Program-made: the position numbers and the translations under genes | Origin: Bdellovibrionales bacterium | GTDB taxonomy: Bacteria; Bdellovibrionota; Bdellovibrionia; Bdellovibrionales; JAMPXM01 | Assembly: GCA_043739185.1 (NCBI GenBank) | Contig: JAYUEN010000386.1 | Location: 64,001 to 128,000 of the forward strand | DNA length: 64,000 nucleotides | Reading direction: 5' to 3' | The notes under the pieces: model-generated | Seen by the model: the letters and a program-made list of their open reading frames with translations, nothing else | What the model was told of the DNA's origin: nothing | The model's database searches: none | In this document: piece after piece, positions 27,150-38,825 of the stretch | How positions within the stretch are numbered: position 1 is the stretch's first letter | Layout of the letters: each line of letters begins with the position of its first letter

Positions 27150-29180
27150 ATGATTTCTCGTTCATGGCATATTAAGCCAGTAATCACCGCATTTGTTCTC
27201 GCCACAATGGCAATGAGCAATGTTCAAGCGTCCACTTATCAATGTATTGCTCAGTTTACCACTTTAGATGCAGTTAAAAAAGACATCAAAAAAATGAAAG
27301 AAGAGCAAGTAAAGCGAGGAGAGACTCCGCATCCTGATGTTGAGACGGCTCTTCTATTAGAATATATGACGGAACAATATTATAAAACAATTGATTCGGT
27401 TACAGACTACTCGACGACAAAAGAAATGGAGCAGTACGATTCGAACGTAAAGTATCACACCAATGCCAATGAAGCTTTTTCTTCAATCATACATGCAATT
27501 GAAAATGCGAAATATACGATTGATTTGACCTATTATATTTTCGCTCGAGACGATATCGGATTTACAATTCTTCAAAAAGTTCAAGAAGCTCATCGCCGCG
27601 GTGTTAAAATTCGCGTGATGGTTGATTCTCTCGGCTCGCCACATCCATTTCATGGAGAGTTAAAATCTCTTCTGAGCGAAAAAGGTGGTCAGATGAGAGA
27701 TACCAATGGCGAATTGATGTTTGAAAGCAACGGCAAACCAATGCTTGCTACTGTTGAAGTTAAAGTATTTCAACCCATTATCAATGTTCCAGTTCATTTA
27801 GAACTTTTCATGGCTAAATCTTTAAAGGCGTTACATGGTCTTCCAGTTGCCGTAATGGATAAACTCAATGATCTTTTCGGCCGAGAAGTATTCAAAGGCG
27901 AAGGATTCAGAGAGAGATTTGCTACCTACGAAGCCAATCATCAAACAGCTCAGGCTGTTTACAGCAACCGCAATCGCCGTTCACATGACAAAATCATGTT
28001 AATTGATGGTCAACATCCAAACGATGCGCGTTTTTTCACGGGCGGTCGCAATATGGCCGTTCCTTACTACGGAATTCCAAAAGTAGATGATAAAACATTT
28101 CACGATTTAACAGTTGAGATCAGACCACTTAAAGATCAAGTTCATCACGTCGGTCTTGAGGTGATGGATTACTACAATAAACTGTATTATCACTTGGCGA
28201 ACAAAAACCTCTCGACATGGTTTTTAGCTATGAAATTGTCGCTCTATCAGAAAAATATTGGTAAAATGAATACAACTGCGGGCACTATTTTAGATCCAAA
28301 CACAGACGTAGGCAAAAAATACTTGGAGCTTAAGAGTGACGTCGTAGACGGAGTGAACGGCTTTGCGCAAGGATTTAAAACAGCAGCAGTTCGTTTGGTT
28401 GACGAAATCGAAAATATTTCTCGCAAACATGCGGTATTGAATCCAGACGATCCACAAAACAGAAAAAATGCCGACTCGATTACTGAAGATATTTATCGTT
28501 CGATCAAATTGGCTAAGAAAAACATCAAGATTATTTCTCCGTACTACTTTTTGTATCCTGAGCAACTTGCAATCTTGGCGAAATGGGTTTCGGAAGATCC
28601 AGAAAGAACAATTCAAATTTTTGGAAATTCAGTTTACTCAGCTGATAATATGATGGATCAAGCTTTGACCGATCACATTGTTGGACCAGCGCTTATGAAT
28701 GGTTTTCCTTATGCTAAGTTCGGAACTGAAAAGAGTTCAGAAAAACCATTTATTGCGCCCAAGAGCTATCTCAACATCACTCTTCCAGATGGAACAATTT
28801 GGAATAACTCCCGTGGACAAATTCAAATGCTTGCAATGGGTGCGGCACCTGAAGCCGGCCAAAAGCTTGCGCAAATCGGAAAGCTTCATGAGAAGAGCTA
28901 TATCATTGACGATTACAAAGTAATTGTTGGTACTTCAAATCAAGATCCACGTTCGATGAATGAAAACGCCGAAGTGGGAGTTCACATTGAAGACAAATAT
29001 GACAATGGTGTGCATGATGCATTACTTGCGGATGCCAAAACGTTGTTTCAAGGCGCAACAATTTACGGAAGTACACAGTGGCAGCAAGTAAGAGATGATA
29101 AACTCAACAGATTTAAAAAGGCCCAGTGTGATGCTATGTGGCACCTAGCAAAACGCAAAGGTGTTTTGGGTAATTTGTAG
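27150..29180 (+). CDS. Secreted phospholipase D-superfamily protein
   Basis: Two HKD motifs (HDKIMLID...GGRN; HEKSYIIDD...GTSN); signal peptide. Confidence 0.88.
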   Translation: MISRSWHIKPVITAFVLATMAMSNVQASTYQCIAQFTTLDAVKKDIKKMKEEQVKRGETPHPDVETALLLEYMTEQYYKTIDSVTDYSTTKEMEQYDSNVKYHTNANEAFSSIIHAIENAKYTIDLTYYIFARDDIGFTILQKVQEAHRRGVKIRVMVDSLGSPHPFHGELKSLLSEKGGQMRDTNGELMFESNGKPMLATVEVKVFQPIINVPVHLELFMAKSLKALHGLPVAVMDKLNDLFGREVFKGEGFRERFATYEANHQTAQAVYSNRNRRSHDKIMLIDGQHPNDARFFTGGRNMAVPYYGIPKVDDKTFHDLTVEIRPLKDQVHHVGLEVMDYYNKLYYHLANKNLSTWFLAMKLSLYQKNIGKMNTTAGTILDPNTDVGKKYLELKSDVVDGVNGFAQGFKTAAVRLVDEIENISRKHAVLNPDDPQNRKNADSITEDIYRSIKLAKKNIKIISPYYFLYPEQLAILAKWVSEDPERTIQIFGNSVYSADNMMDQALTDHIVGPALMNGFPYAKFGTEKSSEKPFIAPKSYLNITLPDGTIWNNSRGQIQMLAMGAAPEAGQKLAQIGKLHEKSYIIDDYKVIVGTSNQDPRSMNENAEVGVHIEDKYDNGVHDALLADAKTLFQGATIYGSTQWQQVRDDKLNRFKKAQCDAMWHLAKRKGVLGNL

Positions 29181-29210
29181 TCTCAAATAAAATTTCAGTA
29201 ATTTTTATGG

Positions 29211-29239
29211 CCGCCTCTAGAAATAGAGGCGGTTTTTTT
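29211..29239 (+). terminator. Intrinsic terminator
   Basis: CCGCCTCTA-GAAA-TAGAGGCGG-TTTTTTT. Confidence 0.88.
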
Positions 29240-29780
29240 ATTCAGCCCACTTAAAGGTGCGCATGATTTGATTGCAATCTTTTAGCGAGTTTCTGAAGTT
29301 GCTTTCGTCATCTTTACAAGTAATGACCATAGCCTTTTTCTCTTTTAAGAAAACCACTTGGCGAATTTCTTTTCGTGTATCTCGTTGAATAAGATCGATG
29401 GCGTAGCCGAGCATTCCATTTTGCTCAAATGACTTATTGCCAAGAATATCGAAGCCATATTTGGGATACTCTTTTTGCCAACGCTGAGTATAGCTCTGAA
29501 GTGTAGTTTCTTTGGCAAGTTTATCCATGCGCAATGTAAGTGATGCGTTTGACTTTTGGGTTGGCGTGAAAACCCCCACAATAAAAGAATTGGATTTAGG
29601 GATGGTACTCATCTTCCAGCCAGCAGTCGCTGCCGCAATTTCAAAACCCACCGGCGACTTGAATACTCCGAGGGTCGGGGCCACAGTCGTCGCGCCAGGA
29701 ATAGGTGAAGCCATTCCCAAACTAGATTGCGCCATAAGTCCGGCGACCAAAAAGCGAGTGACTAAAAAACCAATTTTCAT
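29238..29780 (-). CDS. Secreted hypothetical protein (possibly PsbP-like fold)
   Basis: Signal peptide; GGGAG RBS before the ATG at 29780. Confidence 0.65.
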   Translation of the reverse strand: MKIGFLVTRFLVAGLMAQSSLGMASPIPGATTVAPTLGVFKSPVGFEIAAATAGWKMSTIPKSNSFIVGVFTPTQKSNASLTLRMDKLAKETTLQSYTQRWQKEYPKYGFDILGNKSFEQNGMLGYAIDLIQRDTRKEIRQVVFLKEKKAMVITCKDDESNFRNSLKDCNQIMRTFKWAE

Positions 29781-29796
29781 AAAGATCTCCCTTTTT

Positions 29797-30942
29797 TTAT
29801 GGTATCTCATCTAAGCATGCATGTGGAGAATTATAATCCATCAAATAGATCTGATTTTTACCGCTCAGATTGCTAGTAAACAAGATTTGTTTACCATCTG
29901 GACTAAAGGCTGGCAAAATTTCATCAAAAGCATTCTCCGTTAAGCGTTTGAGGCAGAGGCCCGCAATATCTAAAGTATAAAGATTAAAATGCACGCCATC
30001 GCCACGATTTGAGCTGAATACAAATTCTTTATAAATGGGATTAAAATACGGAGTCAGGTGAAGGGCAGCTTTGGTCGTAAGTGCATGTGGTTGCCTGGCC
30101 AAAGCATCTCCTAAAACTATTTGGGAACTTTTGGCGTCGAGCGCGTATTTTATCCACAAAATTTGATCGGTCTGCGGAACAAAAATTGGATTCGCATCGT
30201 AATTATTATCATTGGTGAGTCGAGTGGCATGACTTGCGCCCAGCTTTTTTGTCCATTCGCTCAATTGAAATGGCATGAGGTATAGATCTGCATTTCCGTT
30301 TCGTGTGGATACGAAAACGATTTTATTTCCCTTTGAATTGAGACTTGCTTCGGCATCATAACCAGCAGATTTCGTCATGCGATAAATTTGGCTGCCATCA
30401 AGTTTAGACAAATAGATTTCAAAGGGTTTGAAATCGAGCCCATTTAATTGAGCCCGCTTTTTCACTAAATTCGGCGCATAAGTTTTCATTACGCTTGAAA
30501 TAGCTTCACTTTCCTCTTTGATTTCATCGGTCGTACTTGAGTATAAAATAAAATTGCTATCTGCTGTATAAACCGCGTCGGCGTCATCGCCATCGTGAAA
30601 TGTAATTCGGCGTTCACGCATATTTGTAAGATTGAGTTCGTAAATTTGAGTTTGCAAATGTTCGGGCCGCTTTTGGCTGTGGTAGATAATTTTTTTTGTA
30701 TCAATTGCAAAATAGGCCTCAGAATTTTCACCAACTGAAGTGAGAGGCTTCACTAAAATATTTTTTTGATCTAAAAAAGGACCGGCCTTGATGCTCACCG
30801 GTTCAAGTACCGGAACCGGCACTTCAATACTTTTTGGAGTTATCTTTTTTGCCGAACTGGAGCATCCCGAAATACACGCTAAGGAAATTGCATAAAAAAG
30901 GACTGTAATAGAGGCTAAGCTTCTGAGATGCATTGATTTCAT
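29797..30942 (-). CDS. TolB-like beta-propeller lipoprotein
   Basis: Lipobox ISGC; PD40-like repeats (IVFVSTRNG, PAFSPDGKQILFTS). Confidence 0.85.
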   Translation of the reverse strand: MKSMHLRSLASITVLFYAISLACISGCSSSAKKITPKSIEVPVPVLEPVSIKAGPFLDQKNILVKPLTSVGENSEAYFAIDTKKIIYHSQKRPEHLQTQIYELNLTNMRERRITFHDGDDADAVYTADSNFILYSSTTDEIKEESEAISSVMKTYAPNLVKKRAQLNGLDFKPFEIYLSKLDGSQIYRMTKSAGYDAEASLNSKGNKIVFVSTRNGNADLYLMPFQLSEWTKKLGASHATRLTNDNNYDANPIFVPQTDQILWIKYALDAKSSQIVLGDALARQPHALTTKAALHLTPYFNPIYKEFVFSSNRGDGVHFNLYTLDIAGLCLKRLTENAFDEILPAFSPDGKQILFTSNLSGKNQIYLMDYNSPHACLDEIP

Positions 30943-30988
30943 AATTCATTTAGACTGTCCCTAAGCTGAGAAATCGTCAAAGAATAAT

Positions 30989-32011
30989 TCAAATGCTTAG
31001 CGAGATCAGCTTTGAAATTAGCGAAGCGGGTGATATTCCCGAGATATTTTTAGACTCCACCCAAATACCATTTAAAAATTTAGCCTCAGAGGCACTTTGC
31101 TTTCTTTTCGGGCTATTGGGCGTTACGTATATTTCATGATGGGTAATGCAATGTTTGAATAGATATTTACTAGGGGCTGATTTCTGAAGAAACGCATTTC
31201 CGGGCGGAAGCCAATGTTTCTTTAAAAAGGGTGCATAATCATTTTTTACAAAAAAGAATTTGTTGTTTTCAAAGATAAGCTTGGGCCGCCAAAGCCAAAT
31301 TTCTTTCGTTCTGCGAGGTTTCGGAAGTGGCAATTGTTCTGTTAAATTTTCACTAAAAGCCACACAATGTTTTTTTAAGGGACAAAGCAAACAGGCTGGC
31401 TTTTGTGGCGAGCAAATACTGGCGCCAAGCTCCATTACGGCTTGGTTCCAAATTGATGGTTTTTCGACTTGCGCCAACTGATCGGCCAAAAACTGAAGTT
31501 GCTTTCGTTCCTTCGGGAGCCACCATTTCATTTTCAATCCAAAAAAACGCGATAAAACTCGAATCACATTGCCGTCTAGAACGCCAAGTTTCTCTTCAAA
31601 ACAAATACTGCTGACGGCTCGAGAGGTGTACGGACCGAAACCAGGTAATTTTATAAGTTCTTCGGCGGTATCAGGAAAAGCCTTTGCATTCAGAATTTTA
31701 GCTGTGCGATGAATATTTCGAGCTCGGCTATAATAGCCTAGGCCTGACCAATTTTTCAAAACCTCAGACTCTTTGGCATTAGAAAGTTGCTTTATGTTTT
31801 TAAAATTTTTTAAAAAATTTTCATAAAAAGGAATGACGGCATTCACTGTCGTTTGCTGAAGCATGACTTCTGAAATCCAGACTCGATAGGGATCTTGATT
31901 TAAACGCCAAGGCAAATTGCGTCGATTTTTTTGGTACCAATCAAGCAATGCCCTTTGCGCATTTACATTCGGTCGCTGAGCTGCGGCAAGTCGGTCAGAT
32001 ATACGAGTCAT
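30989..32011 (-). CDS. mutY: A/G-specific adenine glycosylase
   Basis: LPWR, WISEVMLQQT, WSGLGYYSRA, LPGFGPYT, DGNVIRV, Fe-S Cys cluster. Confidence 0.94.
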   Translation of the reverse strand: MTRISDRLAAAQRPNVNAQRALLDWYQKNRRNLPWRLNQDPYRVWISEVMLQQTTVNAVIPFYENFLKNFKNIKQLSNAKESEVLKNWSGLGYYSRARNIHRTAKILNAKAFPDTAEELIKLPGFGPYTSRAVSSICFEEKLGVLDGNVIRVLSRFFGLKMKWWLPKERKQLQFLADQLAQVEKPSIWNQAVMELGASICSPQKPACLLCPLKKHCVAFSENLTEQLPLPKPRRTKEIWLWRPKLIFENNKFFFVKNDYAPFLKKHWLPPGNAFLQKSAPSKYLFKHCITHHEIYVTPNSPKRKQSASEAKFLNGIWVESKNISGISPASLISKLISLSI

Positions 32012-32067
32012 GACAGAGGTTGTATTTGATTTTTGGCTCGCCTACAATAATTTCAAAGGGAGATTTT

Positions 32068-32484
32068 ATGAAAAAAATTTCGTTGGTCCTACTCATGTTT
32101 CTTTGCGCGTTTTACGTTCTGCCATCTGGGGCCTCAGAAGCCTTTACTCTTATCGGGGTAGCTGAGTTAGAAGGCTTTATGAAGACAGATCAAAATGCGA
32201 TTCATATTTATGATGCCAATAATGACAGTACACGTAAAGCTGAGGGGATGATTCCTACGGCCCAGGCCTTAGCGAGTAGCTCGCATTACGATGTCGCCAC
32301 TCTGCCGAAAGACAAAGATTCGAAGGTGGTCTTTTATTGTGCCAATACCCAATGCATGGCCTCGCATGATGCGGCCAAAGTCGCGGCTAAAGCGGGATAC
32401 AAAAAGGTATTCGTTATGGCCGACGGAATTCAAGGCTGGAAAAAGGCCGGAAAAACCACACAGAAATTTGATCAAAAAGGATAA
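32068..32484 (+). CDS. Secreted rhodanese-domain protein
   Basis: Signal peptide; VVFYCANTQC; GIQGWKKAG. Confidence 0.85.
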   Translation: MKKISLVLLMFLCAFYVLPSGASEAFTLIGVAELEGFMKTDQNAIHIYDANNDSTRKAEGMIPTAQALASSSHYDVATLPKDKDSKVVFYCANTQCMASHDAAKVAAKAGYKKVFVMADGIQGWKKAGKTTQKFDQKG

Positions 32485-32486
32485 TT

Positions 32487-33419
32487 GTGGATTATATTCC
32501 GCTCTCCGGTAGGGAGCACCCAAGATTCGCGGCAATCAAAACATTTTTTAGGTTGCCCAATGTTGATCTCGATGCCGATTATCAGATCGGCATTTGTGGC
32601 ATTCCTTTTGACGGTGGTGCGAGTTACCGACCTGGCGCCAGGTTCGCTCCGAGTAAAATTCGCGAGATCTCTTCACTCGGAAGAGTTTATCATTGGTCCC
32701 GGGCAATCTCATTTGTTGAAAAATTAAAAGTTGCCGATATTGGTGACTGCCCAGTTGTACCAATTGATATGCAAAAAACCTATGAGCGTATCCAAAAATT
32801 TTATTCTCATCTTTATTCAAAAAATAAAAAAATTATTGCAGTGGGTGGAGATCATTCGATTACTTTACCAATTCTGCGAGAAGTGAAAAAGAAGTATGGC
32901 AAAGCAATACGTCTCATTCACTTTGATGCTCATTTGGATACCTATCCGGCGGCTTGGGATTGCGAATATCATCATGGGTCTTTTCTCCGTCATGCGATTG
33001 AAGAAGGCTTAGTCGATGCGCCCAAGAGTTTGCATATCGGAATTCGCGGCCCCCTGGCCGGAGAGAATGATCTCGACGCAATTAAGAAATATAAAATGAA
33101 TATTTTGACGATCGATGATTTGAGAGGCGACAGCATTAAGAACATCTGCCAAAAGCTTCCCGACTTCGGATCGGATCCAACTTATATTAGTTTCGATATT
33201 GATGGACTTGATCCAGCCTTTGCGCCTGGTACAGGGACGCCTGTTGTTGGCGGAATGACCACCTATGAAGTTCAGTGCATCTTGCGTGCGCTTAAAATCA
33301 AAAACTTAGTAGGCGCCGACATCGTCGAGGTCTCGCCGCCATACGATCATTCGGACATTACAGCGCTTGCCGCACTCGACACTCTGTTTGAAATACTCTG
33401 TATTTTTGCGCAGACTTAG
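32487..33419 (+). CDS. speB: Agmatinase (ureohydrolase)
   Basis: GGDHS, DAHLD, SFDIDGLDP.FAPGTGTP, VEVSP. Confidence 0.9.
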   Translation: MDYIPLSGREHPRFAAIKTFFRLPNVDLDADYQIGICGIPFDGGASYRPGARFAPSKIREISSLGRVYHWSRAISFVEKLKVADIGDCPVVPIDMQKTYERIQKFYSHLYSKNKKIIAVGGDHSITLPILREVKKKYGKAIRLIHFDAHLDTYPAAWDCEYHHGSFLRHAIEEGLVDAPKSLHIGIRGPLAGENDLDAIKKYKMNILTIDDLRGDSIKNICQKLPDFGSDPTYISFDIDGLDPAFAPGTGTPVVGGMTTYEVQCILRALKIKNLVGADIVEVSPPYDHSDITALAALDTLFEILCIFAQT

Positions 33420-33420
33420 G

Positions 33421-33437
33421 TGTTTCATTTTGAGACA
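33421..33437. promoter_or_regulatory. TGTCTCA-N3-TGAGACA-like palindromic site
   Basis: TGTTTCA-TTT-TGAGACA. Confidence 0.45.
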
Positions 33438-33527
33438 TGTTTTGGTACAAGACCAATTCAATTACATTGAATTGTCCAAGCCCTCAGATCTATAGACAAA
33501 ATTTGATTTTCGTCTTAAACTGAGAGG

Positions 33528-34184
33528 ATGAGAAACATAATTTTATTGACCGCGATTTCACTTCAAATTTCAAGTTTTGCTTTTGCAAACGAATATCAAA
33601 AAATGTTTAGCTGTTCGCAGGCCCTTAAGGGTGAAGCCCAGATTTCAAATAAAGCCATTGCTAAGGATTTTACGGTTTTGCCGGTGAAGAGTAAGGGTGT
33701 CGAGGGCGTAGATCTTTTTCTTAGGGATAAAATTTATTTCTGTAAATTGCCGAAAAAGTTCATTTCAAAAAACATTGATGAGCGCCTTTATAAAATGAAT
33801 TTGAGTGTGCCGAAGGTGAAACCCATTTATGTTTCCTATCTGAAATCGACAACTGAACCACCGAGTTTAGAAGTTATGGATCTCGAAGATAATATTGAGA
33901 TAAGCCAAGAGCAGGTACGTCTCAGCAAAACTAAATTCGCGAATTGTACCGAAACCAGAGATCCGCACAGTGAAAAAATATTGGCTGAGTTTTTACGAAA
34001 AGAAATTTCTCATATTCATGATAAGTCTTCAGACATTGAATTTAAGTTGGCTCCAAGAAATACTGTGGCCACGCTCAAGCTTTGTGAAAAGTCTTTTCTT
34101 TTGAAAAGTGTTTCAGACAACGAAATCAAAAAGTTTGAAACTCGAATTCCTGCAGCCTCAAGCAATTCTGCACTAGACGAATAA
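33528..34184 (+). CDS. Secreted hypothetical protein
   Basis: Signal peptide ending AFA; 218-aa ORF. Confidence 0.7.
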   Translation: MRNIILLTAISLQISSFAFANEYQKMFSCSQALKGEAQISNKAIAKDFTVLPVKSKGVEGVDLFLRDKIYFCKLPKKFISKNIDERLYKMNLSVPKVKPIYVSYLKSTTEPPSLEVMDLEDNIEISQEQVRLSKTKFANCTETRDPHSEKILAEFLRKEISHIHDKSSDIEFKLAPRNTVATLKLCEKSFLLKSVSDNEIKKFETRIPAASSNSALDE

Positions 34185-34200
34185 ACAAATTTTGACATAA

Positions 34201-34232
34201 AAAAACCCAAGCTTTTAAAGGCTTGGGTTTTT
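34201..34232. terminator. Bidirectional intrinsic terminator after groEL
   Basis: AAAAACCCAAGC-ttttaaag-GCTTGGGTTTTT. Confidence 0.9.
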
Positions 34233-34257
34233 GTGAACTAGGTTCAGAAGGTCAGCA

Positions 34258-35916
<1,659 letters not shown>

Positions 35917-35987
35917 CTATTGAGTTAATTAAATTTACGTTATTTATTTTATTAGTTTTCTGATTAGGTCTCTGACTAGTTCTCTGG

Positions 35988-36284
35988 TTAGTTTAATACA
36001 CCAAGAACATCGTTTTCGTTGATCATCAAATATTCTTTGCCATCAAGTTTTAGCTCAGTGCCAGAATATTTTCCGAACAAAACGCGATCTCCAACTTTTA
36101 CTTCAAGTGGAAGAGTTTTTCCGTCTTCAGTGATGCGGCCTTTGCCAGTAGCAACCACTTCACCACGTTGAGGTTTTTCCTTTGCTGTATCTGGAATGAT
36201 GATTCCACCAGCGGTTTTTTCTTCTTCCGCCATTCTTCGAACCAAGATTCGGTCATGAAGCGGGCGTACGTTTAATTGAGCCAT
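35988..36284 (-). CDS. groES: Co-chaperonin GroES
   Basis: [24 protein letters not shown]. Confidence 0.99.
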   Translation of the reverse strand: MAQLNVRPLHDRILVRRMAEEEKTAGGIIIPDTAKEKPQRGEVVATGKGRITEDGKTLPLEVKVGDRVLFGKYSGTELKLDGKEYLMINENDVLGVLN

Positions 36285-36359
36285 TATTACCTCCCAAAAA
36301 TGTAATATTTTATCTGCCTGTTTTAAGGTCAGAAGTATTAGTTAGAACGACAGTGGACA

Positions 36360-36387
36360 ATATGGAGCGTGCCAATTTTCTGTCAAG
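36360..36387 (-). promoter_or_regulatory. Sigma-32/sigma-70-like promoter of groESL
   Basis: CTTGACA-N13-CTCCATAT on the minus strand; no CIRCE seen. Confidence 0.6.
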
Positions 36388-36493
36388 GGAAGACCCAAAA
36401 AAAATATTTTGATGCGCAGCGACTTGGCATGTCTGAAAGCGGCTTCTGCTGCGGGTCTTCGGTCTTTCGACAGCTCGGGTTGAAGCCTTGAAT

Positions 36494-36994
36494 TTATTTT
36501 TTGATTTGCGCTTCGGCTGAGTTCAAATTTGAAAAACTGAGATTCTGTGGACTTTCCTGCGTTGAGCTACGATCCAAGCTATTTTTAAGATTCAAAAGGA
36601 GATCTCCGAGTTCGGTCGGATTCATTTTTTTAGCGGCATCAACGAAGTCAGACTTATCCTTAAACTGGCTTAAATAAAGGGCAAAGTAGTCTTCGACGCT
36701 TAGCTCTTGTGCAATTTGTAAGGCAAGTTTCGATGCTTCAAGCTTCTGTGACTTATTGGCCTTTGCGATTCCAGCTGCCGCCGCCTTTGAATTCTCGCTC
36801 GGCTGAGACTGGATTTGCGCTTCGTTCAGTTTAAGCTTCTTCCATTCTTGAAATGACATGACTTCGGCACGTGCGATTTGCGTAAAGAGAATAATAACTC
36901 CTAGGCTTAAGAAAAGTTGCGCGACGAAAGTGAAAAGTACTTCGATAAAAACTGAGCCAGCTTCTTCGTGCTTTGATGAGTTTTTGTAACCCAC
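36494..36994 (-). CDS. Hypothetical exported protein
   Basis: GTG start after AGGGG; hydrophobic segment ending ARA. Confidence 0.65.
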   Translation of the reverse strand: MGYKNSSKHEEAGSVFIEVLFTFVAQLFLSLGVIILFTQIARAEVMSFQEWKKLKLNEAQIQSQPSENSKAAAAGIAKANKSQKLEASKLALQIAQELSVEDYFALYLSQFKDKSDFVDAAKKMNPTELGDLLLNLKNSLDRSSTQESPQNLSFSNLNSAEAQIKK

Positions 36995-37297
36995 ATGAAC
37001 CCCTTAATCCTAAAAATGCGCCCCTTAACCTATACTCAGCTGGCTAGCTATTCAATAGGCATGCCGAAATGAAATCAAAATAAAGCCAAGAGGAAGGATA
37101 AAACCAATCAATTTGTGACAATTTGCGTGATCACTCAATGCAAAAGCTACTTAAATTCGAGCTTTTTCTTTTTTTGACTATTTAGGATTGAAGTCAGTTT
37201 TGGTGGCAGCGGTTGGCTGAAATCTGCTTTTCAGCTTCTGTCTCAGCTTTCTTCTGCAAATTGACGGTTGCGTACAGGTTTCAGGACTTATTTAAAT

Positions 37298-37483
37298 TCA
37301 AACGGCGCGTCTGGAGAAGCTCTTTAGCTCCCCGTTTTCTGATTGAAAGCTTATTTCAATGGGGCGGCAGCAAACTTCGCAATCCTCAATATAGCTTTGA
37401 AAATCCTCAATGCTCAGATCAAGAAGCATAGATATTCTTGCTAAGCAGTAGGGACATTTGAAAAACTTCTCTATTTCTTCCAT
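37298..37483 (-). CDS. CPXCG-motif cysteine-rich protein
   Basis: CPYC...YIEDCEVCCRPI. Confidence 0.85.
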   Translation of the reverse strand: MEEIEKFFKCPYCLARISMLLDLSIEDFQSYIEDCEVCCRPIEISFQSENGELKSFSRRAV

Positions 37484-37542
37484 GCTTGAAAAATATAAGA
37501 TAATCACAAAAGCATCTAGGTTCTTTTAGGGCGCGGTGCGTT

Positions 37543-37609
37543 TCCGGAATGTACCTGCTTCTTTTTGGAGGCGCATTGCAACTCCAAAAAGAAGCAGGTA
37601 CATTCCGGA
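37543..37609. repeat. REP family 1 doublet, remote copy
   Basis: Perfect 28-bp arms TCCGGAATGTACCTGCTTCTTTTTGGAG with an 11-nt loop; differs from the 3277 arm by AG>CT in both arms. Confidence 0.93.
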
Positions 37610-37610
37610 G

Positions 37611-38165
37611 ATGCGATGCATATGGGCAGAAAAGTCAAAGAATCCACTAATGGTTAAATATCATGACGACGAATGGGGTCGGCCCGTTCATGAGGATCAG
37701 AAGCATTTTGAATTTGTTGTTTTAGAGTCGGCCCAAGCCGGCCTCAGCTGGGAAATTATCTTGAATCGCCGAGAAAACTACCGAAAGGCCTTTGCGGAAT
37801 TCGACCCAGCAAAGGTCGCTCGTTTTTCTGAGAAAAAAATTCAAAAACTACTTCAAAATGCTGGCATCATAAGAAATCAACTTAAGATACGAGCCACGGT
37901 AAGTAATGCTCAGGCTTTTTTAAAGATCCAAAAAGAGTTTGGGAGTTTTGATAAATATATATGGAGCTTTGTAAAATCTAAGACCATTGTTCGTAGGCCA
38001 AGGGGCCGCGGAGACTTTCGCGCCACCGATCGCAACAGCGATGCCCTTTCAAAAGACTTAAAGTTACGCGGCTTTAAATTTATGGGGTCAACAATTTGTT
38101 ATGCCCATATGCAAGCAATTGGCTTGATCGATGAACATCAAGCAAGCTGTTTTCGCGCTAAATAG
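37611..38165 (+). CDS. tag: DNA-3-methyladenine glycosylase I (start moved to the ATG at 37611)
   Basis: RCIW, YHDDEWG, ESAQAGLSW, IIRNQLKI, GFKFMGST, EHQASC. Confidence 0.95.
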   Translation: MRCIWAEKSKNPLMVKYHDDEWGRPVHEDQKHFEFVVLESAQAGLSWEIILNRRENYRKAFAEFDPAKVARFSEKKIQKLLQNAGIIRNQLKIRATVSNAQAFLKIQKEFGSFDKYIWSFVKSKTIVRRPRGRGDFRATDRNSDALSKDLKLRGFKFMGSTICYAHMQAIGLIDEHQASCFRAK

Positions 38166-38179
38166 AAAAGAGCTGAGAC

Positions 38180-38767
38180 TTGTTGAAGTTTAAGAATACC
38201 TACTTTCATCCGGTGATTCGCTTGCCACAAAATTATGAAGTCTATGATTTTTCGAATGGCTACGATGCCAATCGCTTGCGAAGCACGGATTATGGTATTG
38301 GCAAATACAATGAAAAACGCGTGGGTATGTATGATCAAGCGCTCTTTTCAGGCGCGCGAAATATTCACGTTGGAGTTGATATTTCGGCTCCGGTTGGTAC
38401 CGAAATTTATGCGTTTGCAGACGGTGAAATACACAGTTTCGCCTTTCATTCGAAGCCTGGAGATTATGGTTATACACTCATTACCGAGCACGAAATTGAA
38501 AATCAAAAATTTTATTCTCTGTTTGGGCATCTTAGCAAGAAATCCCTCGCTAAAAAAAGGCTCAAACAAGGCTTTCATCGAGGAGAGATTCTGGCTTGGA
38601 TTGGTGACAAAGATGAAAATGGCGGCTGGAATCCACATTTGCATTTTCAATTGAGTTTAGTCGCGCCAGAAAGAGCTGATTTACCAGGAGTGGTCGCCGA
38701 AAGGGACTTGGCTTTAGCTCTTGAAAAATATCCGGATCCACGCATTGTCCTTGGTCCAGTCTACTAG
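38180..38767 (+). CDS. M23-family metallopeptidase, no signal peptide
   Basis: HVGVD (HxxxD), DYG, FGHL, PHLHFQ. Confidence 0.85.
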   Translation: MLKFKNTYFHPVIRLPQNYEVYDFSNGYDANRLRSTDYGIGKYNEKRVGMYDQALFSGARNIHVGVDISAPVGTEIYAFADGEIHSFAFHSKPGDYGYTLITEHEIENQKFYSLFGHLSKKSLAKKRLKQGFHRGEILAWIGDKDENGGWNPHLHFQLSLVAPERADLPGVVAERDLALALEKYPDPRIVLGPVY

Positions 38768-38825
38768 TGCAGCCTTGAAGTCTACATTTGTTGACACTTC
38801 GGATTGCCAACGAGACAATTTTTAG

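Noticed and set aside
37536..37610. 25-aa N-terminal extension of Tag in the ORF track
   Set aside because: It is the translated REP doublet; Tag homology begins at the ATG at 37611
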